NCBI GenBank assembly: GCA_051305935.1
Contig: JBPPMG010000486.1
Location: 1-54,599 of the forward strand
From: Thermoanaerobaculia bacterium
GTDB taxonomy: Bacteria > Acidobacteriota > Thermoanaerobaculia > Gp7-AA8
Reading direction: 5' to 3'
Length of the DNA: 54,599 nt
The stretch's first letter is position 1. Every line of letters starts with the position of its first letter. Positions 34,295 to 44,519 of the stretch are shown piece after piece. The notes beneath the pieces were generated by a model. It ran no database searches. It was given only the letters and a program-made list of their open reading frames with translations, and was not told where the DNA came from. Both the position numbers and the translations under genes were made by a program.

Positions 34295-35005
34295 ATGAAG
34301 CGAGCAGTCGTCACGGCGTTTGCAGTGGCTCTCACTCTCGTCACCGGCAGCATCCTTGCCAAGGACAAGCCGTCCATGGCGGTGATCGAGTTCGACAATC
34401 GGTCCGGCGCGTACTGGTGGTCCGGAGGCGTCGGCGACGATCTCGCCGACATGCTGACCAACGAGCTTGCCGCAACGGACAAGTTCAAGATGGTCGAGCG
34501 CGCCAAGCTCAACTCCGTCCTGCAGGAGCAGGACCTGGCCGCGTCGGGTGCGGTTTCCAAGGGCACCGGTGCGAAGATCGGCAAGCTCACCGGCGCGAAG
34601 TATCTCGTCACCGGAAGCGTCGCGTCGTACGAGGAGAACACCAAAGGTGGTGGGGGCGGGCTCAGCTTCCGCGGCATCTCCGTGGGCGGTAAGAAGGACG
34701 ATGCCTACCTCGCGATCGACCTGCGGGTGATCAACGCGACGACCGGCGCCATCGAGTTCGTTCGCACCGTCGAAGCACGAGCCGGCGGCTATGGCGTAGG
34801 CGTCGGTTTCTACAAAGGGGGCCTCGGCGGCAACCTTGGCAAGTACGACAAGACTCCTGCAGGAAAGGCGATCCGGGCCACCCTCATCGAGGCGACCGAT
34901 TACCTCTCGTGCGTGATGATCGACAAGGACGGGTGCGAGGACGAATACAAGGCGAAGGAAAAGGCGCGCCGCGACAAGACCAAAGGGTCCGTCAAGCTCG
35001 ACTGA
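34295..35005 (+). CDS. CsgG/HfaB-family exported protein
   Basis: Signal peptide, AV.EF.N, F.MVERA.L..VL.EQ.L, GKLTGA.YLVTGSV and IDLRVI..TTG.I. GGAGG SD. Confidence 0.85.
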   Translation: MKRAVVTAFAVALTLVTGSILAKDKPSMAVIEFDNRSGAYWWSGGVGDDLADMLTNELAATDKFKMVERAKLNSVLQEQDLAASGAVSKGTGAKIGKLTGAKYLVTGSVASYEENTKGGGGGLSFRGISVGGKKDDAYLAIDLRVINATTGAIEFVRTVEARAGGYGVGVGFYKGGLGGNLGKYDKTPAGKAIRATLIEATDYLSCVMIDKDGCEDEYKAKEKARRDKTKGSVKLD

Positions 35006-35029
35006 CGCATCTTCGACTGGACGCATCGG

Positions 35030-35057
35030 ACGGCCCGCGGCGACGCGGGCCGTTTCG
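35030..35057 (+). terminator. Hairpin terminator after the CsgG-like gene
   Basis: ACGGCCCGCG-GCGA-CGCGGGCCGT followed by TTCG. Confidence 0.6.
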
Positions 35058-35180
35058 TGCTCAGGCGAAAGGCGGAAGGCGAGAAGCGAGAGCAAGCCGC
35101 TGCCGCTCACTTCTTTTCGCCCTTCTCCTGGTTCCTCCTTCTTCTGCTCCGGTTTCCCACCCGCCGCTATAATTCGCGCG

Positions 35181-35639
35181 ATGCTGAAAACGAGGGTTCG
35201 CGAATACCTTGGGCCGAGGATGTCGATCATCGTCGGCACCGTGAGCGCCGAACGGATGCCGGCCTGCTGCCGCGCGACCGCGATCAAGGCCGATGACGAG
35301 CTGAGCACGTTCACCCTGTACGTTCCGGTCGCGACGAGCCAGGAGACGATAGCGAACGTCGCGTCGACGCGACGAATCGCCGTTGTCTGTTCCCGGCCCC
35401 TGACGCACAGCACGATCCAGATCAAGGGAATCGTGCGGGAGGTCCGGCTCGCGGGCGACGACGAGCAGGCGTTCGTCAGCGGGCGGCTCGCCGCCTTTGC
35501 AGACGAGCTCGGCGAGCTGGGATTCCCTCACCGGAACGTCGCCTCGATCGCACACTGGCCGGCTTTCGCCATCGAGGTGGCCGCCGAGGAGCTGTACGAG
35601 CAGACGCCGGGACCTAACGCTGGGGTCTCACTTCGATGA
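35181..35639 (+). CDS. Pyridoxamine-5'-phosphate-oxidase-like (FMN-binding split barrel) protein
   Basis: VGT......P...RA, T.AN......IAV..SRP.TH.TIQIKG and QTPGP.AG ending. TATAAT lies 7 nt before the ATG. Confidence 0.7.
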   Translation: MLKTRVREYLGPRMSIIVGTVSAERMPACCRATAIKADDELSTFTLYVPVATSQETIANVASTRRIAVVCSRPLTHSTIQIKGIVREVRLAGDDEQAFVSGRLAAFADELGELGFPHRNVASIAHWPAFAIEVAAEELYEQTPGPNAGVSLR

Positions 35640-37021
35640 TCGTCACCTCGTCGACACGGCTCACGGATCTGTCACGCTGCTTCCTCGGCGTGATCCCGAG
35701 CATGGTCGCGACGAGCGACGCCGACGGGACGCCTAACGTCACGTATGTGAGCCAGGTGTTCTTCGTCAACGAGCACCACGTCGCCCTGTCGTGCCAGTTC
35801 TTCAACAAGACGCGCAGGAATCTCGACAGCAATCCGCTGGCGAGCGCACAGGTCATGGATCCGGTGACCTTCGAGGCGTACCGGCTCCGGCTGCGGTTCC
35901 TCCGAGCGGAAACGACCGGTCCACTCTTCGACACCATGGCGATCCGCATCGAGGCGATCGCATCGCAGACGGGAATGGCCGGGGTGTTCCGACTGCTGTC
36001 GGCCGACGTATTCGAGGTTCTCAGCGTCGATCGCGTCGATGGCTTTCTCGCGGCGCCGCCCGAAGAGGATTCGCATGAACAGATCAGCGCGGCGGGCCGC
36101 CGCACCGAGCTGCGCGGCCTTCAGTGCGTCTCCGAGCAGATCAACAAGGCCGAAGACCTCGAGACGTTGCTCTCTTCCGTACTCGAAGCGCTCGACGGCT
36201 ATTTCGGATTTGCGCACACGATGGTTCTGGTCGCCGAGGCCCCGTGCGACCGGCTCGTCGCCGTCGCGAGCCGCGGCTACGGAGAAAGCGGCGTCGGCGC
36301 GGAAGTCGTGATCGGCGAAGGCTTGATCGGGACCGCCGCGAAACAGCGGCGAATCCTACGCATCGCGGGGCTCGATTCGAGTCTCCGTTACGGACGCGCC
36401 GTGCGACGCGAGGTCTTGTCGCGCGAGAGCCATCCCGTTGCGCCGGAGATACCGCTGCCCGGGCTCCCCGACGCGCAGAGCACGCTCATCATCCCGCTCA
36501 CCGTGGGCGTCGATCTCATCGGAGTCCTCGTTGCCGAAAGCCGCGAGCTCGCGGGATTCGACGAATGGCACGAGGGCTACCTCGAGGTTGCGGCGAACCA
36601 GATCGCACTCGGAATCGACCGAATGTCCGAGCCCGATGGAGACGACGAACAATCGACCCCCGCGAAAGCCGCGCTCGTCGCCCCGAGGAGTGTGCCGCGG
36701 CGTCGGCATACGCTCACCTATTACCGCGCCGACGACTGCGTCTTTGTCGACAACGAGTACCTGATCCGCAATGTCCCCGGGCGGATTCTCTGGAGACTCC
36801 TCGCCTCCTGGTCCCGCGAAGGACGCACTGAGTTCTCGAATCGCGAGCTGCGCCTCGACGAGTCGCTCGGGCTTCCCGAGTTCAAGGACAACCTGGAGAG
36901 CCGCCTGATCCTGCTGCGAAAGCGGCTCGAGGAGAAGTGCCCCGCGGTTCGGATCGAACGGACCGGGCGGGGACGGTTCTCTCTCGTCGTCGACGCCGAG
37001 CTCGAGCTTGCGGAGAAGTAG
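35636..37021 (+). CDS. PNPOx-like + GAF + C-terminal winged-helix putative transcriptional regulator
   Basis: GVIPS..AT...DGTPNVTY.SQV / FFNKTR.N (PNPOx-like), VASRGY...G.G.E...GEGLIG.AA (GAF), and NLESRLILLRKRL...RTGRGRF (wHTH-like). ATGA overlap with the upstream gene. Confidence 0.8.
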   Translation: MIVTSSTRLTDLSRCFLGVIPSMVATSDADGTPNVTYVSQVFFVNEHHVALSCQFFNKTRRNLDSNPLASAQVMDPVTFEAYRLRLRFLRAETTGPLFDTMAIRIEAIASQTGMAGVFRLLSADVFEVLSVDRVDGFLAAPPEEDSHEQISAAGRRTELRGLQCVSEQINKAEDLETLLSSVLEALDGYFGFAHTMVLVAEAPCDRLVAVASRGYGESGVGAEVVIGEGLIGTAAKQRRILRIAGLDSSLRYGRAVRREVLSRESHPVAPEIPLPGLPDAQSTLIIPLTVGVDLIGVLVAESRELAGFDEWHEGYLEVAANQIALGIDRMSEPDGDDEQSTPAKAALVAPRSVPRRRHTLTYYRADDCVFVDNEYLIRNVPGRILWRLLASWSREGRTEFSNRELRLDESLGLPEFKDNLESRLILLRKRLEEKCPAVRIERTGRGRFSLVVDAELELAEK

Positions 37022-37023
37022 GC

Positions 37024-38385
37024 CTACGCGATCCAGATCGTCTTCGCGTTCACGAACTCGCGGATCCCGTGCGGCCCGAGCTCGCGGCCGAATCCCGAGC
37101 GCTTGATGCCGCCGAACGGAACCCGGGGATCGGACGCCACCATCGCATTGATGAAAACCTGGCCCGCCTCGATCCGCTCCGCGAAGAAGCGCTGCTCTGC
37201 CTCGTCGCGGGTCCACGCCGCTGCGCCGAGGCCGAACGGCGTGGCGTTGGCGATCCGCACGGCGTCGTCCCTGTCGCTCGCAACGAAGAGCGCCGCCACG
37301 GGGCCGAAGACCTCCTCGGTCGCGATCTTCGCGGTGGAAGGGACCTCGCTCAGTACGGTCGGTGGATAGAAATTGCCAGGGCCCTCGATGCGCTTGCCGC
37401 CACAGAGGAGCTTCGCGCCGCACGAGACCGCGTCGTCGACGTAGCCCGCGACCTCGTCGAGAATCTGCGGCGTGGCGAGAGGGCCGACGTCGGTCGTCTC
37501 GTCCATCGGATCGCCGACGCGAAGCGCGCCCATCGCGGCGACGAACTTCACCGTGAATTCCTCGGCGGCGTCGCGGTGCACGATGAAGCGCTTCGCCGCG
37601 ATGCACGACTGGCCGTTGTTCACGCAGCGCGCCTTCGCGGCGACCCGGGCTGCGGTGTCGAGCTCGGCACTCGGCATCACGACGAACGGGTCGCTTCCGC
37701 CTAACTCCAGGACGACCTTCTTGATCTCGCGGCCTGCGATCGCGCCGACGCTGCGCCCGGCGCCCTCGCTCCCGGTGAGGGTTGCGGCGGCGATCCGGTC
37801 GTCGACGAGGATCGACTCGACCTGCGCCGACGTGGCGAGCAGCGTCTGGAACTCGTCGCCGTCGAATCCGGCGCGGCGCAGGATCTCCTCGATCGCGAGG
37901 GCCGACTGAGGCACGTTCGACGCGTGCTTGAGAATGCCGGTGTTTCCCGCCATCAGCGCCGGCGCCGCGAAACGGAAAACCTGCCAGAACGGGAAGTTCC
38001 ACGGCATCACCGCGAGCACGACGCCGAGCGGCTGGTAGCGCACCAGGCTACGTCGCGCGCTCGTCGGAATGATCTCGTCGGCGAGAAGCGAGGCGCCATG
38101 CTCGGCGTAGTAGCGGCACGCGAGCGCGCACTTGGCGACCTCCGCGCGTGCCGCCGCGATCGGCTTGCCCATTTCGAGCGTGAGCAGACGGCCGTAGCGG
38201 TCCGAATCGGATTCGAGGATCTCCGCCGCGCGCGCGAGTTTCGCAGCCCGCTCCGCGAGCGGCGTCTCTCGATGTCGAAGGAAAGCTCCGGCAGCGCGTG
38301 CCAGCGCGGATTCGATCGCGGCAGGAGTGACGGGCTCGAACGACTTGATCAGCGCGTTGTTGACCGGGTTGATCGAGGCAATCAT
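37024..38385 (-). CDS. NAD(P)-dependent succinate-semialdehyde dehydrogenase family aldehyde dehydrogenase
   Basis: MPWNFPFWQVFRF, LKHASNVP, LELGGSDPF, NNGQSCIAAKRF and EEVFGPVA. Confidence 0.93.
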   Translation of the reverse strand: MIASINPVNNALIKSFEPVTPAAIESALARAAGAFLRHRETPLAERAAKLARAAEILESDSDRYGRLLTLEMGKPIAAARAEVAKCALACRYYAEHGASLLADEIIPTSARRSLVRYQPLGVVLAVMPWNFPFWQVFRFAAPALMAGNTGILKHASNVPQSALAIEEILRRAGFDGDEFQTLLATSAQVESILVDDRIAAATLTGSEGAGRSVGAIAGREIKKVVLELGGSDPFVVMPSAELDTAARVAAKARCVNNGQSCIAAKRFIVHRDAAEEFTVKFVAAMGALRVGDPMDETTDVGPLATPQILDEVAGYVDDAVSCGAKLLCGGKRIEGPGNFYPPTVLSEVPSTAKIATEEVFGPVAALFVASDRDDAVRIANATPFGLGAAAWTRDEAEQRFFAERIEAGQVFINAMVASDPRVPFGGIKRSGFGRELGPHGIREFVNAKTIWIA

Positions 38386-38428
38386 GGCAAGGTCTCCCGA
38401 ACGGAAGAATATCGCTGATCGCCGCCGA

Positions 38429-39823
<1,395 letters not shown>

Positions 39824-39853
39824 AGTTTGTCTCTGGACGCAGGCGGGTTTCGG

Positions 39854-40023
39854 GTTGTTAGTTTTTAGTTATTAAAAATGTATCGATTAATCGTTCTGTT
39901 TATTCTGGTTGATTCGTCGGTGGATTGCGTTTTGGTGCGGAAACCGCCCAGCCGGCGCTGCCCGTCTAACAACTAACAACTAACAACTAACAACTAACAA
40001 CTAACAACTAACAACTAACAACT
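39854..40023. repeat. (CTAACAA)8 perfect tandem repeat with an inverted degenerate 3-unit partner
   Basis: Eight exact units plus CT at 39966-40023; GTTGTTA-GTTTTTA-GTTATTA at 39854-39874. Confidence 0.95.
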
Positions 40024-40035
40024 CCCCCGGCCCCT

Positions 40036-40578
40036 TCACAGTTCCTCGACCGTAATGTGGTCGTTCGTGTAGATGCAGATCGTCGAGGCGATTCGAAGGC
40101 CTTCTTCGGCGATCTGGGCGGCCGACATCTCGGTGTGGGCCATGAGGGCGCGGGCAGCGGCGAGTGCGTAGGGGCCGCCGGAGCCGATGGCGAGCATGCC
40201 GTCGTCGGGCTGGATCAGGTCACCCGTCCCCGAGATCAGGTACGAGCGCTCGTTGTTCGCCACGATGAGCAGCGCCTGCAGCTGGCGGAGGTACTTGTCG
40301 AGACGCCAGTCCTTGGCGAGCTCGACGACGGAGCGCTCCAGGTTGCCGCGATACTCGTCGAGCTTGGCTTCGAAGCGCGCGAAGAGCGCGAAGGCGTCAG
40401 CCGCGGAACCGGCGAAGCCGGCGATGATCTTCCCGTCGTAAAGGCGTCGCACTTTGGCCGCGCTGTGCTTCATCACGGTGGTGCCGACGGTGACCTGACC
40501 GTCGCCGGCCATCGCCACCTTGTCGCCCCGCCGGACGCAGAGGATCGTCGTCGCATGGAAAACAGGCATCTCGCTCAC
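40036..40578 (-). CDS. hslV: ATP-dependent protease peptidase subunit
   Basis: HATTIL (N-terminal Thr nucleophile after a short propeptide), GDGQVT, GFAGS and IGSGG.YA. The start may be ATG 40569. Confidence 0.98.
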   Translation of the reverse strand: MSEMPVFHATTILCVRRGDKVAMAGDGQVTVGTTVMKHSAAKVRRLYDGKIIAGFAGSAADAFALFARFEAKLDEYRGNLERSVVELAKDWRLDKYLRQLQALLIVANNERSYLISGTGDLIQPDDGMLAIGSGGPYALAAARALMAHTEMSAAQIAEEGLRIASTICIYTNDHITVEEL

Positions 40579-40623
40579 GCGTCCGATGCTACCAGAATCG
40601 CCTTGCGGAGGGCCGCAGGAGCG

Positions 40624-41493
40624 CTACGTTGCGGTGACAGTGGCGAGCCCGAAGTCGCTCGCGACCGCCTCGAAATCGGGAGGTGACGGAGCGGAGAAGA
40701 CGCCGATTCCAGGGAGGTTGAGGCGCAGGGCATGGAGCATCGGGCGCGAAGGCTGCGTGGAAGGCTGGAGCCCGCGGCCGTATTTCCGGTCGCCCAGCAC
40801 GGGATGCCCGATGTGTGCGAGGTGCACCCGGATCTGGTGCGTGCGACCGGTGGCAATCCGCACTTCGACAAGCGAGGCGCGATCGTTCGCAGAGAGGACG
40901 CTCACCTCGCTCCGCGAAGGCTTTCCCGTCTCGTGTACGTGGAAAACATTGCCCGCGAGCCGGCCGATCGGCGCGTCGATCGCCGTCGCTCCGTCGAGCC
41001 TGCCGACGACGATCGCGCGATAGACCTTCTCGCTGGTGCCACCGGAGATCAGCTTCGACAGGCGCTCGGAGAACTGCCGCGTCCGCGCGAACGCGATCAC
41101 GCCGGTCGTGTTCGTGTCGAGGCGATGGACGAGGAAAAGGTCCGACGCCTCGCCCTGGCGCTTGAGCATCGAGGCGACGACTTCGAGCAGAGAGGGATTG
41201 GAGCTTCCCGGGCTCGGTTGCGTCGGGATCGCCTGAGGCTTGTCGGCGACGAGAAGCCTCTCGTCGAGATGCAGCAACGGCACAGCGACTTCAGGTTCGA
41301 GCAGAGTGAGATGAGCGCCTGCAGCGGCGACTCTCGACGCGACGCCTACGGGCCTCGAATCAAGAAGGACACGCCCTGCGTCGAGCACACGCTTTGCCTC
41401 ACGTCGCGAAAGCGAGAAGGGTGCTTGCGTCAACGCCAGGTCGACGCGCATCGCTTCGCCGAGGTCGGACGAAACGCCGAAGGAGTTTCCCAT
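40624..41493 (-). CDS. RluA/RluD-family pseudouridine synthase
   Basis: S4-like N-terminus, HRLD..TTG catalytic motif and TGRTHQIRVHL..IGHP.LGD..Y. The start may be ATG 41451. Confidence 0.93.
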   Translation of the reverse strand: MGNSFGVSSDLGEAMRVDLALTQAPFSLSRREAKRVLDAGRVLLDSRPVGVASRVAAAGAHLTLLEPEVAVPLLHLDERLLVADKPQAIPTQPSPGSSNPSLLEVVASMLKRQGEASDLFLVHRLDTNTTGVIAFARTRQFSERLSKLISGGTSEKVYRAIVVGRLDGATAIDAPIGRLAGNVFHVHETGKPSRSEVSVLSANDRASLVEVRIATGRTHQIRVHLAHIGHPVLGDRKYGRGLQPSTQPSRPMLHALRLNLPGIGVFSAPSPPDFEAVASDFGLATVTAT

Positions 41494-41504
41494 CGTTGTA
41501 GAGG

Positions 41505-42032
41505 CTACTTCACCCGAAGCAGGTCGATGACTTTCGAGATCCGCGAGAGGCTCGAGAGCGTGTCGATCGCAAGTTTGCGTCGCGCGTCGTCGGGGACCGT
41601 CCCCCGAACCGCGACCATGCCGTCTGCGGCCTCGACATTCACGTCTTTCGCGTGCGATCCGATCTCCCCGGCAAGCGCCGCCTTCGCCTCGGTTTCGAGC
41701 ATCGCGTCAAGGCTCTCGTCCTGGAGCTGGCCGTCCATCAGCTTCCGGTCCTTCTCCGCGCGAAGCTGATTGTCGACCTTCGAGATCTCCTCGAAGTAGA
41801 GCGCGACCTGCTCGGCGAGCTCCTGCGTCGAGCGCTCGACGACCTTGCCGGTGAGAATGGCCTTGCCATCGAAATACGTCACCCGAATCGTCAGCGCGTC
41901 GTCGCCGAACGCCTCGACGAGCTTCGCCGAGAGTTTTGCCTCGAGATCGACCGCAGAGGGCGCTGCTGCTGTGTTTCCGGCGTATGCAACCGCCAGCGTC
42001 GCGACGATGACTGCAAGAAGGAATGTTTTCAT
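41505..42032 (-). CDS. Dual BON-domain exported protein
   Basis: Signal peptide and two BON repeats (LTG.V...V.NQL; V.V.A.DG.V.VRG.V). GGAGG SD before ATG 42032. Confidence 0.85.
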   Translation of the reverse strand: MKTFLLAVIVATLAVAYAGNTAAAPSAVDLEAKLSAKLVEAFGDDALTIRVTYFDGKAILTGKVVERSTQELAEQVALYFEEISKVDNQLRAEKDRKLMDGQLQDESLDAMLETEAKAALAGEIGSHAKDVNVEAADGMVAVRGTVPDDARRKLAIDTLSSLSRISKVIDLLRVK

Positions 42033-42102
42033 AGGCTGCCTCCGATTCTCGTGTTGCTCGACAGGTCGGAACCCGGGGTCATCCGGGATCCTTCCGTCGG
42101 CG

Positions 42103-42630
42103 TTACTTCGACGAGGCGCCGACTTCGATGAGATCGACGACCTTGCGCACGCCCTCGACGCGCCCGGCAGTAGCGAGCGCGCCATTGCGTGACTCGCCCG
42201 TGCTCACGGTGCCGCGAAGGGAGACGACGCCGTCCGCCGCCTCGATCTCCAGCGCCTGTGCCACGGACGAGCCGGCATCGCGAACGAGCGCGCCCTTCAC
42301 CGACATCTCGAGCGCCGCATCCATCGCTTCCGTCCGCAACTTGTCGAGCCCCCGAGCCTGCGGTCCGGTGAGCCGATTGTTCACCGAGGTCACTCCCGGA
42401 ATGCTTCGCGCAACCTCCTCGGCCAGTTCCTGCGTCGAGCGCTCGGATACAGTCCCGGTTAGCGTCGCCGTCGATCCTTCGATCTTCACCTCGATCAGTT
42501 TCGCGTCTTCCCCGAAGGCGCTGCGCATTTTGCGCTGCGCGACAGCGCCGGGCTCCTGAGAGCAGGCGGTGAGCATCGCGACGAGAAGGAGCGAGATAGA
42601 GACGAACGTAATACGTTTATCATTTGTCAT
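42103..42630 (-). CDS. Dual BON-domain lipoprotein
   Basis: Lipobox LTAC and two BON repeats (TLTGTV...GV.SV.N.L; DGVV.LRG.V). Confidence 0.87.
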   Translation of the reverse strand: MTNDKRITFVSISLLLVAMLTACSQEPGAVAQRKMRSAFGEDAKLIEVKIEGSTATLTGTVSERSTQELAEEVARSIPGVTSVNNRLTGPQARGLDKLRTEAMDAALEMSVKGALVRDAGSSVAQALEIEAADGVVSLRGTVSTGESRNGALATAGRVEGVRKVVDLIEVGASSK

Positions 42631-42877
42631 AATTACTCCCTAATGCTTGCTGATTTATTGCTCGCTTCGTGTCGATCGCAAACGCGCTCCCGCCGGCGTG
42701 GCGCTCGTCTCCCTTCGACGAGCTCCGTTCGCTATCGATGACGCGCAGCGTGGACACGTAGTCATGAAGACACAAACCGCTGGATCGAGGCAGGCATTCG
42801 CGGGCGCACTCGTTGCCTCGCGCAAGGATGTTAGTTGCGGGCTACGGCTCTCTGCTTCTGCGACCGGAACGCTCCGG

Positions 42878-42908
42878 AACTGAAGCGGGCGGGCCGAAGC
42901 CCGCCCGC
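42878..42908 (-). terminator. recA terminator hairpin
   Basis: GCGGGCGGGC-TTCG-GCCCGCCCGC on the minus strand, followed by TTCAGTT. Confidence 0.65.
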
Positions 42909-42973
42909 GATGGAAGGAGGCGATTCACCGAAACGATGGCGCGCGGACGAACTGTCCGGGTGCCCGCGAAGAG

Positions 42974-44035
<1,062 letters not shown>

Positions 44036-44200
44036 GATTCGCGATCTCTCCTCGTTTCGTTCTGCGATTCGTTCGAAGCGGGCGTGGACGATACAGCCCG
44101 CGCGCGCCAGTGCGTCGCCGACGAACGGCCGTGTGTGTTGTCGAGGAGTCTAGGGCCGCCCCGCCGAAACGGTCAACGAGAAGCATGGTTCGCTTCCGAA

Positions 44201-44231
44201 ACCACGCGAAAATCGGGGGTTTTCGCGTGGT
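44201..44231. promoter_or_regulatory. Perfect 12-bp inverted repeat in the recA/parC divergent region
   Basis: ACCACGCGAAAA-N7-TTTTCGCGTGGT. Confidence 0.45.
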
Positions 44232-44287
44232 GCACCTTCCCCGCGTCTCCGAATTCCACAATTGGTAGAGTGAGTGCCGGACCGGAG

Positions 44288-44402
44288 GATGTGGCGCAGG
44301 CACTCCTGCCTGCGCGCCGCCGGAGGCGACCGGGTCGTTTCGGGCCTCAGGCATTGGGTGGCGCTTCGCGCCGCGCGCAGGCAGGAGTGCCTGCACCACA
44401 TC
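44288..44402. repeat. REPIN-like element, copy 2
   Basis: GATGTGGCGCAGGCACTCCTGCCTGCGCG ... CGCGCAGGCAGGAGTGCCTGCACCACATC. Confidence 0.85.
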
Positions 44403-44466
44403 AGGCCAGTTGAAGCCGCCCTTCGAATGGGCCTTGAGGAACTCGCCCGTGTCGCCAGCCCCTCTC

Positions 44467-44494
44467 TCTCTCAATTCTCAATTCTAAATTCTCA
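44467..44494. repeat. (CTCAATT)3 heptamer array, single arm
   Basis: TCT-CTCAATT-CTCAATT-CTAAATT-CTCA; same unit as the array upstream of rng. Confidence 0.65.
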
Positions 44495-44519
44495 GGTTTC
44501 GCCGTATCCTCCCACCCCG

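Noticed and set aside
33007-38385. Genomic island integrated at tRNA-Asn
   Set aside because: No integrase, no direct repeat of the tRNA 3' end, and no evident compositional shift. The only similarity is a 10-bp inverted match near 38285, which is expected by chance.
39966-40023. CRISPR array
   Set aside because: It is a pure 7-bp tandem repeat without spacers, and there are no cas genes. The REP copies are dispersed, not arrayed.
42631-42877. Riboswitch or sRNA upstream of the BON genes
   Set aside because: Some hairpins are present, but I could not match any known RNA family by eye.
44059-44074. LexA box upstream of recA (GTTC-N8-GTTC)
   Set aside because: The spacing is 8 rather than the 7 of the GTTC-N7-GTTC motif, and I found no other known SOS box.
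44274-44519. N-terminal extensions of parC (from 44274) and NAT (from 46881), and the small ORFs at 29453-29707
   Set aside because: These are translations of the REP and heptamer repeats ([25 protein letters not shown]), not protein sequence.
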